DNA of 64,000 nucleotides from Octopus sinensis (GCF_006345805.1 NC_043005.1:5952001-6016000); one strand, 5' to 3'. Positions 22,505-35,830 are shown, counted from the stretch's first letter. Notes: generated by a model not told the origin, from the letters alone. Translations and numbers: made by a program.

Positions 22505-23460
22505 TTGATTTTTCATCCCACTCTGTACAATATGGTTGTCATTTCATATTACTATGTCGATAATTAATTCAAACTGTCACTTTTATTTATCACTGAAAAA
22601 TTGTCAGGCCTAATATATGATATCCAGTGAGCTGTCTCTGTTAACATTCCATCATTGTACTTTTCCATCCCAGTCTGTACAATAATATAGTCATTTGATA
22701 TCTGATATTATGTTGATAATTAATACAGTGTTGTCACTTCTGTCATTGAAAATTGTGTTAGGCCTTGTGTGTGTGATATCCAATGATCTGTCATGCTAAC
22801 ATTCCATTGTATTTTCATCCTACTCTGCACAATATTATAGTCATTTGATATTCTTATATCATTAATTAATACATACCCATCACTTTTGTCACAGAAAATC
22901 CTGCCAGGCCAAATATACAATATTCAATATCTGTGTGCCTGTTAAATGTTCCACCATCTTTTTGCTTTGGCATTTTCTAAGATTATGCGATATCCAGCCA
23001 TCTGTCTATATGCTAACATTCCATTGTATTTTCACCTCACTCTCAACAATATTATATAATCATTTGATATTCTTATATCATTATTTAATATAATACTACC
23101 ACTTTTGTCATTGAAAATTATGTCTGGCCTACTATATAATATTATAGTCATTTAATTTTTGATATAGTTATGTTATTAATTAATTTTCTGTGACAAAAGT
23201 AATAGTTTTGTATTATGTCATGCCTTGTATACAATGTCTGATATCTGTATGTTAAATACTCTATCATTTTTGCATAGTCATTCTCTAACATTATGCATTA
23301 TTCAGTGATCTGTCTGTATTATCACCTCACCCTGCACAATATCATAGTAATTTGATATTGCTCTGTCACAATTTAATATAATACTGTCATTTTTATTGTT
23401 GAAAATGATGTGATATCCAACGATCTGTTTCTATGCTAAACACTCCATTGTGTTTCCTCG
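22505..23460. repeat. Diverged ~150-bp AT-rich tandem repeat (6-7 units) with one inverted segment
   Basis: The motif tctg(t/c)acaat..tatagtcatttgatat...cacttttgtca..gaaaat recurs near 22522, 22674, 22824, 23041, 23131 and 23333. 23185-23220 is an inverted unit piece. Confidence 0.8.
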
Positions 23461-24249
23461 TTGTTATTGTCTAAGATGAGTACATGTTCATATGGAGGCT
23501 ATAGAGGTTTTTTTTCTTTCTGAGGAGCTGGAGCACTTATGTTGGAACAGCTTTGCTATGTTACTGAATTTCCAGTTGTATTTCATGGAGGCTGGATGTC
23601 ATGGGAGAATCCTGCACATCTCACGTGACTGAAGGGAGACTGACCAATTACAATAAAGAAGAATTGAGTGAACCGTTATTGGATAGTTGACAGTGTTAGT
23701 TCAACCATGTTAGTTTAACAGTCAGTAGTTGGACAGTGAATGCTCAATATCATACGTACATTCGAGTAGTACGGAGTGTGTTCTGTGTTAACACATATTT
23801 CTGCGATAGGTTATTTTTAGATAACCACAACCTACTATTTATTTGTGTAATACCATTTTACACCAGATGTGTAAGCCCATGACATAACTCTGGCATCAAT
23901 CTCACACGAGTCCTGGAAGGCTTGCACAAGTTATGGGCCATGCCCCTTCCTTCAGACTCAACAATTAAAAAAATAAATTAAAAATTAAATGACGAAGTCA
24001 TATATAAATAAAGGGGCATTGGCAGTAACAACTTTTGATGCCAACTTATTGGAACCAGTCTTTGGTTTTATGAATCAAAATCTATGAATTGAAGGCATTC
24101 ACATTTGAATTAGAACTTTCCACTATAATCTGATATGTTTGTGAAGTGGTGTGCCAGACGATATCTTAATAATGAAAAAGTTATTTGATTAAATCCTTTT
24201 GAATTCTTGATTATATTAGGCATTTAATTGAAACATCTGGATGTTATAA

Positions 24250-24441
24250 GTGCAAGTGTGGCTGTGTGGTTAAGAAGTTTGCTTCCCTACCACATGGTTT
24301 CGGGTTCAGTTTTACCATGTGGCACCTCGAGCAAGTGTCTTCCACTATGGTTCCAAGTCAACCAAAGCCTTGTGAGTCAATTTGATTGATGGAAACTGTG
24401 TAAAACTCATGTATCAGTGTGTGTGTGTGTGTGTTTGCATG

Positions 24442-24472
<31 letters not shown>

Positions 24473-24660
24473 TGTGTGTGTGTGTTGCATGTGTGTTTTT
24501 GTGTTGGTTCTCTCACTGATGAATGGTGAGAGACCACAACAATAAGGGCCAGACTTAAAATAAGCACTTGGGGTTGATTTTTGATTTATTTGAGTAAACC
24601 TCTCAAGGCAGTGCTCCAGCATGGCTGCAGTTCAATGACTGAAATAAGTAAAAGAGTAAA
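24250..24660 (+). mobile_element. CORE-like SINE
   Basis: Family of 58505, with an internal (TG)n expansion. Confidence 0.85.
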
Positions 24661-25672
24661 AGAGGGTATCATTTCATTAGAAACCTGATCCTAGAAGGGA
24701 TTAACAATTCATTATTGTCAAATGCCAGGTTGCTTCCATCAGTGGATTAATGAGATTATTTTAATAAATTTGGGGAGAGAAGGCGGTGAGCTGGCAGAAA
24801 CGTTAGCATGCCTGGCGAAATGCTTGGTGGTATCTCATCTGTCTTTATGTTCTGAGTTCAAATTCCTTTTGGGGTTGATAAATTAAGTACCAGTTGCATA
24901 CTGAGGTTGATCTAATTGACTGGCCCCCTCCCCCAAAATTTCGGGCCTTGTGCCTAGAGTAGAAAAGAATATATTTGGGGAGAGAGAGAGAGAGAGATTA
25001 TTATGATATTTTAAGGGGAGGGGGAGATTATTATGCTATATTTGAGGTAAAGGGAGATAATTATGATACATTTGGGAGCAAGGCGAGGATCATATTTATG
25101 GTGGTTGTCTGGAAATTTTCAGTGCATTTCCTGAGGCTTAAAGATAGCGAAATTTAGATGTAATTTGCATAAGAGAGCAATACAAGAATATATAATGATA
25201 TGGCATGGGTGTCTTTGTGTAGTTCCTTGATCTGCTATAAATAGCAGTGAGACACAGGAGGAGAATGTGGTTTCAGATATATCAGGATGCCTTTGATTTT
25301 AAGATTACTCAGTCAGGACTAGCCTGTGATTAAACAATAACAACAACAGCAACAACAACAACAACAGGGATATTAATATATTCACAGAAGGCATGTTGTA
25401 GTACTTCTTATAACAAATACAACTAATGAGATTTCTAAATTAATTAGATTAATAAATATATTATGTCAACTTCTGTAATGAATATGGGGCCGTACATGTT
25501 AAAGAGGTATAAGGAGACCAAGGAGGGGGTGGAGGGATATGGTAGAGCAACATAAAGGGATAGAGGAAAAGAGGAAGATGGTGCTAAAGTAGAGGTTGGG
25601 CTGACATCTGGTTGAGGGAGAAGATTGAGTCTCATTGTGGGAACATACAGCCTTCCTTGGCTATAGATTTTA

Positions 25673-26915
25673 CCAGGTTGAATCAAAAGTTTTTTTTATA
25701 TTTCAAACTTTAGTTAATAGTTCAGACAAATTCCATACAGTGTTTATTTATCAAAATATATCCCATCAAATATTATTGTCTGTTGCCATCATTGTGCCAG
25801 AAGTTCAATTGCACATTTATACCATTTGCCTGGTTTAGAGGCAAGAAAAAACTCCCTACATTGGTTTTTAACCTCACCCACATTGTTGAACCTCCATCTG
25901 TCCAGGAAATGAGCCATGACTTGGAAAAGATTGTGATCTGATGGTGCAAGGTTTGGACTGTAGGGCAGGGTAAGGCAGCACTTCCCAGCCCCACAAATTC
26001 CTCAAGTTTGCACTTGACCACATTGACAGTGTATGCTCGGGCATTGTCATGCTGTAAGAGTGCATGTCTATGATTGCTGGGCAGCAGGCTTTCAATACAC
26101 CATATACTTGCTGCAGTTATTGAGCATAAAGGTCAGCATTCACAGCATGACCATCTGGGACAAGCTCAAAGTGCAACACCCTCTTGAAATTCCATCAAAC
26201 ACCCAGCACAACCTTCTGTTCAAACTGCCCTTGTTTGACAAAAGGATCTGAAGCCCAGCCAGAATGAAGACATTGATTTCTCTTATTGGAATTACAAAAA
26301 TAGATTTATTCTTCATCCACAGTTAGAATTTGATGCCAAGAATGCACATCTCGAGGATTTGTCAGCAGTTGTTTGCAGATGTTCACACGTTGAACCTGTC
26401 TTTGCTCAGTTCATGAGGAGCTTCTCAACAACATCTGTTCACAAAGCTGATCTTCTGGAGGTACTAGTTGATGGTGCTTTGCATGGGACTAAGTTCTACT
26501 CATGTATGAGTGCTTGGCTGTTGCTTCAAGCAAGACATCATCTTCCATCAGAAGATTTCACTGATTTTGGTTTGTCTTTGAGGCTGGTGTCACTTTCCTT
26601 AAAACATCGGAACCAGCTTTGTGCCACATCTTCATTGACAGTTCCTGGGATTTCCACATCATTAATGTATTTTGCTGCTGCCCTTGCACTCCGTTCTTTT
26701 GTCCACATGTAGCGAAAATGGTTCTAATTGCAATTTTTTCATCATTCATTATCAAAGCCTGTAAAATAATAAAAATTAATGTTTACATGTTATTTATGAA
26801 AATAAAGAATAAACAATTCAGCAACTACTGAACAAGTTTTATCTAATTAACATAGACAGGCAAGTTGCTAAAAATCACCAGTGAAAATGTGAAAAAAGTG
26901 TTTGAGCCAACCTGA
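25673..26915 (-). mobile_element. Full-length dead mariner (DD34D-type) transposon
   Basis: TA|ccaggttgaatcaaaagtttt and aaaaaagtgtttgagccaacctga|TA are imperfect TIRs 1243 bp apart. Frameshifted minus-strand pieces: MNDEKIAIRTIF/RYMWTKERSARAAAKYINDVEIPGTVNEDVAQSWFRCFKESDTSLKDKPKS (HTH), LHFELVPDGHAVNADLYAQ, LQHDNARAY, GWEVLPYP. Confidence 0.9.
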
Positions 26916-27379
26916 TATTTCATTGATTGTTTGTCTTAATTTTATCATCTGTTTGTACAGCTATGAAAGGGAAGAGATGTACTACCATTCCTTACTCTTT
27001 CTATATTTCTATTAGTTTGTAACAAGATGAGAGTTTCAGGAACACTTGAGGGGTGTCTGGCCTTATCTTGTCACATACAAGTCGAAGAAAAGGAACCAAA
27101 AATCTGGCTGTCTTCAATAACAATAAATAGTACTTTATTCTTCGGGTTCACAGGTAAAATATATACATATATATTTCTTAAGGGTGAACCAGCAGCCAAG
27201 TCCACAGGACTGTTTACAAATGTTCCCTCGGGTGAGCCAAGAAGATACGGTCTCCGTTCCCGCTTCGAAGAGAGCTTCTCTATGCGTAGGATTTTCCCTG
27301 AGAGAAGTTTTAGTCACGTCCGCTCGTTAGGGCTGCTCTCCCAAAAAGACAGATTTAGCGGAGACGCTTTCAGGTTGCA

Positions 27380-27455
27380 GTTCCTGCGCATGCGCAAACT
27401 TCCGGCAGTCAACTGGAAGTAATCCAATTCTGCGCATGCGTGCTGAAACTTCCAC
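27380..27455. promoter_or_regulatory. Housekeeping-type promoter core: duplicated NRF1 + ETS module in a CpG-rich island
   Basis: TGCGCATGCGCA at 27385-27396, ACTTCCGG at 27398-27405, CTGGAAGT at 27413-27420, CCAAT at 27424-27428, TGCGCATGCGT at 27431-27441 and AACTTCC near 27450. CpG density is high over 27200-27530. Confidence 0.75.
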
Positions 27456-29133
27456 AGTAGCGTCACTACATGTTATATCCAGTTTGTGAATAGTAGTCAC
27501 AATACTACCAGTATCTGAGTCATGCAAGCGATGTCTTTTTTTGGGTGGATGGGTGGGGGACTGTCAGCGTTAAAAAGTTTGCTTCTCAACCATCTGGTTT
27601 TGGGTTCAACCACTGCATGCTAATTTGGGTCAGTACTTTCTATCATATCTCCAAGTTGACCAAATCCTTGCAAGTGAATTTGATAGACAGAAACCGAAAA
27701 AAGCCTGTTGTGTGTGTGTGTGTGTGTGTGTGTCTCTTTGTCTTGATTTTGCATAATAGTTGTAAATGAATGTCACTATCATAGAAGCTGTGTCGTTCAT
27801 TTAAAATATTCTACAAAAACATGTTTGGCCATGAAGAAATATTATCTTGCTAGGAAACAAGTAAAGGTTGGTGACAGGAAGAGCATCTGGCTGCAGAAGA
27901 TCTGCCTCAATAAACTCTATCTGATCTATGGAAGCACAGAAAAGTAGATGTTAAAATGATGATGGCAGTGGCAATGATGATGTTGATGATGATGAAGAAG
28001 AAGAAATTTGCCAGAAGGTGTTAAGAACAAATATACACATCATATAATCATGTGTTTAATGAGTTTAGAATTTATTATTTGTTTCCCAGATATTGTGTGT
28101 GTCTAACACAACTCCATTGTCTATCTCGGCAACACCCTTCTTCATCTTACAGCACTTTCAACAATGAACTGTTTATATACAAAGATAAATTGATAGACAC
28201 AAACATGCAAAATTACTATAGCTTCGTCCCTACATCAAGATACACCCACACACACACACTCATAAAAACACTCAACAGACACATATACTGATATACAGCC
28301 ATGCACAAATACACACACACACACACACACTCACATAGATACACACACACGTTATATATATACATACACACAGACACATGAACACAGACATGTTCACACA
28401 CATATAAATATATACACATATAAACGCATATAACCATGCACTGACACATATAAGCTATGCGTGTGCATGCACACACACACACATGCACATACACACACAC
28501 ATACAGACAGATACATATATGGTTACATTCTAGAATCTGAGCAAAAATCATTGTTGATTGTTCAACTTTGATTACTGTCTATTGATTATTTTCCTGTAAT
28601 TTCCTCTCCGTCATTATTAATTAACTCCCAGTTAAGACTGCAAATGACTGATGGCAGTGATGGAATGTTGTATCAAAATGGTATTTATAAAAATTATTCT
28701 TTTTTCTGATCATCCTACTCCCCCCCCTCCCCCGCACCACCACCACCATTCCTGCTCTTTTTATTCTGTAGTTTTTTTTTTCTTTTTCTAGTTTCAGTCA
28801 TTGGTCTGTAGCCATTCTGGGGCACTTACAGTCTTCAAAGATTTGCTCAATCACATCAATCTCTGTAAATGGCGTATATACATTATATATGATACATAGA
28901 TGTCTATTTAAATTTAGTACTGCTTCAGTTACATGCACTGGGTTATTTTTCAGTTCAGCAGCTATTCACAATGTCAGTGAGTGTATTGTTCATTGTTTTC
29001 CTATATATTGGAAGAGACAAACTTCATCTTGGTATGTGGATGCAAGTACATATCATTGGCAAGGCTCAAGAAAGCCAAAATACATCAGGCATTTTTGCTG
29101 ACTGCTGTCAGGATGATCTTTCATCTCCCTGTG

Positions 29134-29181
<48 letters not shown>

Positions 29182-29379
29182 TCATACATACGTATAATAA
29201 TATTATTAGGGAGTATAACTCCAAACTTACAGGGAAAATTTCAATTTAGTATTAAATCAAATTTCACAATATAAATATGTAAAATATAAATTAGAGATAA
29301 AACTACTATTATGCAACTCAAACAGTGATAGACATAAACCAAACCATAAATAACAAATAATATATATTTTTATAAAACA

Positions 29380-29490
29380 TATAACTAGATCCTTAATATT
29401 TATTGATAAGTTTCAAAATAAATTATTTCCTAGATGGTATTGGAATATCTTTCAAAGATGAATTCCAAAATAGCGGTTCTATCTTACCTG
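29380..29490 (-). mobile_element. Possible Penelope-like ORF N-terminal remnant
   Basis: The minus strand gives SSLKDIPIPSRK*FILKLINK, resembling the PLE N-terminal YS.KNIPIPSK..Y..KLI.K motif (recalled, not searched). Confidence 0.4.
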
Positions 29491-29894
29491 TAAGTTCCAT
29501 AACATACAAAATTGAGGTTTAAATGCACTCAATAAATGTAAGTGCATTTAAATCTCAATTTCGTATGTTTTCTCTATATAAACCTGAACTCAAGCTGTCT
29601 CACATACTTAGAACTTTGGTCTTGCCTCGGCAGAACACCATTTGAGCAATTCTGAATAGAATCACCAATGGAAATTTCTCTCTTTCACTTGGAGACCGAC
29701 AGCTATAAGCAAGTTGCTCTTACTTCTTCAGACATGCTCACTACAAAGTCATCATCATCATCATCATTACCACCCTCCTTTCCATACTTGCTTCGTCAGA
29801 CAGATTATGCTGAGGTAGACTTTCTGCAAACCCTCAAACAAAATTATATTTCCCCATAGCAACTCCATATTTTTTGCAGAAGATTTTTTTTTAT

Positions 29895-30235
29895 TTGCTT
29901 CATTCATTTGACTGCGGCCATGCTGGAGCATTGCCTTTAGTTGGGCAAATCAACTCCAGGACTTATTCTTTGTAAGCCTAGTACTTATTCTATCGGTCTC
30001 TCTTGCTGAACCGCTAAGTGACGAGGACGTAAACACACCAGCATCAGTTGTCAGGCGATGTTGGGGGGATAAACACAGACACAAAAACATACACACACAA
30101 ACACATATATATACGATGGGCTTCTTTCAGTTTCCATCTTCCAAATCCACTCACAAGGCTTTGGTCAGTTCGAGGCTATAGTAGAAGACACTTCCCAAGG
30201 TGCCACGCAGTTGGACTGAACCCAGAACCATGTGG
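29895..30235 (-). mobile_element. CORE-like SINE
   Basis: Family of 58505. Further copies at 39505-39930 (-), 52610-52990 (+), 33420-33570 (-) and 49080-49245 (-). Confidence 0.85.
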
Positions 30236-30344
30236 ATGGTGAATGACATCAGTTGTATGATGGCGATGCTCATTTACAGCCATCACATGATGTTGAAAAA
30301 AGGGCACACACGCACAGCCGTGCGTGCACACACACACACACATG

Positions 30345-30394
<50 letters not shown>

Positions 30395-30678
30395 ACAAGC
30401 AGAGGAATGACGATGACAATTCTTTCAGTAATCAGTAGAATTTTTATTTTATATCAAACAACATGGATGGGTTATACACAGAAATTATGTAAATCCATAA
30501 CAGTATTAGACGAGAGTTCTATTAATCCTTTCTTTAGGCCAATTTGCAAAAATAATATCAAACTCAATTCTGGCTTTATAACAAAGATTAGTCTATATCC
30601 ACCTACCTACACGTGCATGCATGCATATGTCTGTGGAGATGGTCATGTTTTTATTTTTTTCATGTCCGTAAAACTTAA

Positions 30679-30896
30679 CCCTTTCGTTACCAACCCGGCT
30701 GAAACCAGCACTGGATCTGTAGTACAAATGTCTTGTTTTCATAAGTTTTGAATTAAAATCTTCCACCAAACTTTAGTCACAATTTATGTTCCTAACACTA
30801 GCTTAACGATAACTAAGTCATTTTAGTAAATTCTTTGTTATATTTAAAGTAATTGAAAGAAACTCTGAGCATCTCAAAATAAATACAGTAACGAAA
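30679..30896 (+). mobile_element. piggyBac-like MITE missing the last bases of the right TIR
   Basis: TTAA|ccctttcgttac ... gtaacgaaa, without the terminal ggg/TTAA. Confidence 0.75.
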
Positions 30897-32163
30897 ACAA
30901 GAAGTCAACTCAATAAAAACAGCTCCAACTATTTGTGCCAAGTGATGCTTCTGTTCATTTGTTCCCTCACTTGTATACATATTTGTGTGTGTATATGTGT
31001 GTGTACAGTGGGCTTCTTGCCATTTCCAAATCCACTGACAAGGCTTTGATCGACCCAGTGTTATAACAGGAGACACTTGCCCAAGATGCCAAACAGTGGA
31101 ACTGAACCTGAGACCTCAACCTCCTCAACCACACATCCATGCTTCTGCCTGTGGTATTTCTACTCTTTCCCACTTGGTCTCAACACAAGGTACACTTCCA
31201 GCTGAATGATACCCTAGTTGCCCATGCCTTATTCTGGTTGGCAGGTCATGTTTGTTAAACACACCATTTACCATAACACATGGATGATGATCCAATTGAC
31301 TTGTATCAACACAAATATAGACATAATAATATTTATTCTACAAACACACACACATAAGTAGGTTTACCTTTTATTAATGGGCTTATATTGAAAACTTTCT
31401 AATTGTCTATGCATGAATTATTGTCCAAACACTCATGTTTGTTTTCTGTTTGAACTGTAGGAATTACTCTCTAATTCAAATATGTACCCAACGGCCTTTC
31501 TAAGAACACATGCTGCTTGACTTTTCTTTAACTTTAGTGCCACTTAGGACCAGAAAATGTCTTGTCTTCTGGTGACACAGAGAAAATTAATTAAAACTTA
31601 TATCATATATAGTTATATTGTGATCTCAGAGCTTACCTTAATTTCCAATATTGGTTACCCCAACTCCAACATACATACATACACACACATAGGTAGGCAG
31701 GTAGCTTGGTTGGTAGGTACTTAGATGAATAAGTAGAGAGATTGATAAATAGATAAGTATAGATGTGTGTATGTGTGTGTGAAGAGAAGTGACATAGTGG
31801 TTAGTGTTGTGCTTATGATCCCAAGATTATGGTTTTGATTCCCAGACCAGGCAGTGCATTGTGTTCTTGAGGAAAGTACTTCGGGTGGCACACTGTCCAC
31901 CCGTGTACAGGCAATATCAATTCCATGGAGGGAGTGAGCTCATGTACCATAAAGCCATCTGATCATTATAAAAACAAATCCTCTGTGCAGGTTGTTCAGC
32001 AAGAAATTGTGGGACCCTCATTTGTTGCTTACAACAAAATAGTGTACCATGTATGGGCATCCATGGCATGTTGGGGCGTCTTCTACAATAGCCCTAGGTC
32101 GACCAAACCTTGTGAGTGAATTTGGTAGATGGAAACAGTATGGATGTGTGTGTATGTGTGTGA

Positions 32164-32194
<31 letters not shown>

Positions 32195-32420
32195 AGCCTG
32201 TGTTTGTTTCGCTGCCCCATCATTTGCCAACCAGTGTTGGTTTGTTTATCTTCTTATAACTTAGTTGTTCAGCAAAAGACAATGATAGAATAAGTGCCAG
32301 ACATAAGTACTGCGGTAGATCTGTTTCACTAAAAGGTTTCAAGAATCTGTCCCAGGATGGCTACAGTTAAATGATTGAAACAAATAAAAGATAAAAAAAA
32401 AATTATATATATATAATATA

Positions 32421-32629
32421 CGAAGGGGTGCTGAAAAGTTCCTGGTTTTGGGTAAAAGAAAATACTGGAGGATCAGTTAATTATGATTGTATTCGACATA
32501 TTCCCCGCTCAGATTCACACACTTATTGCAGCAGTCCTTCAGTTTCTGTAAGCCCTGTAAAAGAACTCGGAAGATTGGGCCTCCAGTCAAACCTTTCGCT
32601 ATACCATTAAAGCACGGAACTTTTCAGCA

Positions 32630-32637
<8 letters not shown>
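32421..32637. mobile_element. Mariner-derived MITE
   Basis: TA|cgaaggggtgctgaaaagttcc ... ggaacttttcagcaccccctcg TIRs, 217 bp. Confidence 0.9.
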
Positions 32638-32668
<31 letters not shown>

Positions 32669-32849
32669 TATATAATATAAGAAAGAAGAGAGGTGGAGAG
32701 ACACATACACTCACCATGCATATACGTTGTACACATACATTAATAAAAGCAACATTGTGTCTAGTGTCGATTAGCAGACGTCCACCTTCTCCACTTCCAC
32801 TGCCATTAAGTCACCCTGCTTAAAAAGAATAAACGCTTTTCATGTATCT

Positions 32850-34600
32850 AAACGTAATTTATTTAAGACAGAAGATTTTACCGAAACAATTAGTATCAAT
32901 TTAAACAGAAATAACATCGTCTAATGTTTCCACATCGGTCTGGATTTCTGTAAAGAGCTTATTTCAACTGATAAACTCTGCAGTTAACTTCCTAACAACT
33001 GTTTGTGATAATCTAATACTACATAGGAAGTATCGTATTTATTACAATATATTCACCTCTATTAACCCTGCCTTTTATCGTCATCTCACCACCCTAATAA
33101 TTATGTTTTTGGTGTGTTAAGGGCGCCAAACCCCTTAGATATCTATCCACATTACATTGCATTCAGTCAGTCAAAAAATCCTGTTTGTTCTACGGTGTCA
33201 CAGCATCATCATCATGTTCATTTTCCCATGCTAGCACGGGTCAGACGGAGTTCAGTGAAGCAGATTTTCTATGGCCAGATGCCTTTCTTGTCATCAACTT
33301 TTACCTGTTTACAATCAAGATATTTCCCCATGAAGGACATTATTTGTATGATGGTGACACTAGTTTACAACTATTATGCAGTATCAAGACAAGGACACAC
33401 ACACACACTCTCCCTCTCTCTCTCTCGGCGGGCTTCTTTCGGTTTCCATCTAACAAAATCCACTCACGAGGTTTTGGTCAGTCCAGGGCTATAGTTGAAG
33501 ACACTTGCTCAAGGTGCCACACGGTGGGACTAAATCCCAAACTCTGTGGATGGGGAGCCATGCCTGCACCTGTCAATACCAATTGCTTACGATAATTTCC
33601 CATTTTCAATTTTCAATCATAGACGACGACCAAAATGCCAGATCTCTCCCTCCTCTCGCCATGTGTGTATGTGTGTGATGTGATAAATTAATGGATGGAT
33701 GGAAGCAGTCCGTCGGTTCCGACGACGAGGGTTCCGGTTGATCCGATCAACGGAACAGCCTGTTCGTGAAATTAACGTGTAAGTGGCTGAGCACTCCACA
33801 GACACGTGTACCCTTAACGTAGTTCTCGGGGATATTCAGCGTGACACAGAGAGTGACAAGGCCGGCCCTTTGAAATACAGGTACAACAGAAACAGGAAGT
33901 AAGAGTGAGAGAAAGTTGTGGTGAAAGAGTACAGCAGGGATCACCACCATCCCCTGCCGGAGCCTCGTGGAGCTTTAGGTGTTTTCGCCCAATAAACACT
34001 CACAACGCCCGGTCTGGGAATCGGGAGACAGCCAGGTTTATCAAATCCAGAAGCTTATAAAGAGAAAAGACTCCCACTTCAAGTTAACATATGTTTGATC
34101 CTTTAAGGTGCACTCTACTTTTGTCAGGCTTGTTCTGAGGAAGAAAATATAAAATGCAGCTAAACCCTGACTTCTTCGTTGAATGTTTCAGCCTACACAA
34201 AGCCTGACCTTGAACATATAAGGCTCAGGGTGATTTTAGGGATGTTTTTTTGGTGGGAAAAAAAAAGCGCGCCTTTTATGCCCGAAAATACGATAATTCA
34301 CTTTGCTTACACAACTAAATGCTCGTGAATAAAACGTATTAATGTAACATAATCCGTTTCTCCCCTCTCTACACTCCTTACAAATCTGTGTATTTGTGTC
34401 TGTATGAGAAGTGAATATTTAAGATACCGGTGACGGATGACCACGGCAATTAATGAAGAAAGAGAAAAAGAAAAGAACATGAAGAACCCTCATAAATCAG
34501 ATTGTGGTTTACTTTAAACATTATAAATCAGTTAACGCCTATAGTCATAAAGTGGCCAGTGAAATTTATACCTTTGTAATATCATTGTATCAGTCTCAGT
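32850..34600. promoter_or_regulatory. CpG-retaining region, probable unmethylated promoter or intergenic domain
   Basis: Frequent CpG in unique sequence (for example gcgcgcc near 34267) against CpG-poor flanks. The TSS and direction cannot be resolved. Confidence 0.35.
33700..34022 (-). mobile_element. Near-consensus tRNA-derived SINE, 5'-truncated
   Basis: CpG-intact body, truncated inside the B box (ctgggaatcg). Confidence 0.9.
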
Positions 34601-35830
34601 GTATTTGTTTGCCTGGAGCAAAGTTTGGTGTACAATGTGTGTGTGTGTGTGTGTGTGGCTGATACTATTGTTCTGTAAATTAAGTTCTGTAGTTTTATTT
34701 ATTTGTCTGTTTATCTAAGAAACAAATCTTCAGTCAAGTCCCTCTGTTCATGTAAAACTTATTTGTTTTGGTCTTTTCAATATCGTTTACATCATCAACA
34801 AACCCAACACCGCCACCACCACCACCACTTTGCTCTCTCTATTTCTCATCATCATCATCGCCATCATTTTGTCAGTCTTCGCCGTCATCTTCATCGTCAT
34901 ATTCGCCTCCAAAACTATCATCTTCATTGTTTTTGCTATGATCATTTATTTTTTTAAACATCCATTTTTCAACGTTGACATGACCTACATAAAGTCTTGC
35001 GATAAAACATATTTTCACTTGCTTGTCTCACTGCCTTTTGCTACCTCTTCTATGAAACCCAACGTCATGAGATCTAACCTCATCAATTTCCATGGTCCTG
35101 TAATCTCTTGGGTCACTTTCTGCTAACAGCCTAGAGCACCCATCATCCATTCATATCAAATGTCCAGGGCCTGTAGAGTTGTCTTTCCTGCACACTTAAG
35201 CTCCTGTTTATTATCCTGTCCAGCTACTTTCTCAGCTTATCCTGGTATATACACCTACATGAACCAACAAGCGGAGCTTCTATGTGATTATTAGATCTGC
35301 TGGAAATAGCAGTCAAATATCCTCCAAATCACCCTCTACAGTCTTGAAAGCAAAGATGCCCTTCCTATTGCCAACCATTTTGCCATGTGTATTGGGTGTG
35401 TTTTCCCATGCCACCAATATTAGAGAGTTTGGATAAATGTACTGAAGTAACTTTACATATTCTCTGCTTATTTGCCAACCATATTACAGTGTGTGCTGAG
35501 TGCATTTTTGTGATCACTAACTCTAGAGAGATTGTCTCACTCACCGGTCACTGTTGCAGAAAATAGATTTTATAGGCATTCTCCTGTGGCCCCAGTACAG
35601 AAGGGGTGGTGACTTGTACACAGGACATTGCAAAGAATGCTCAAAGCAGTTGACATGTTGACCATAGAAAGGAGAAGTAGGCGGCAGGAGAGAGACACCA
35701 GCAGTAAAACCCAAATTTCTCTTTCTCTCTCCCACTTTTGCTCATTTATTTATCGGCCATTTAACAACTCGTATGCTTTTCCCCCAGACTATCCTCTTCT
35801 TCCGTTTTTCTCATCTCTGGATTTTTTCCT

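Noticed and set aside
29434-29489. Plus-strand exon candidate DGIGISFKDEFQNSGSILP|GTAAGT
   Set aside because: The opposite strand gives a better explanation as a PLE-like IPIPS remnant, and no partner exons were found.
29520-29530. TAAATGCAC, a miR-277-like seed
   Set aside because: It lies against the loop, so a mature miR-277 would run through the loop, and the rest does not match.
29490-29640. Possible hammerhead using the 29-bp hairpin as helix III (minus strand GAAAAC...GTT A)
   Set aside because: No CUGANGA is correctly placed upstream; the nearest string CTGCCGA is too far away and non-canonical.
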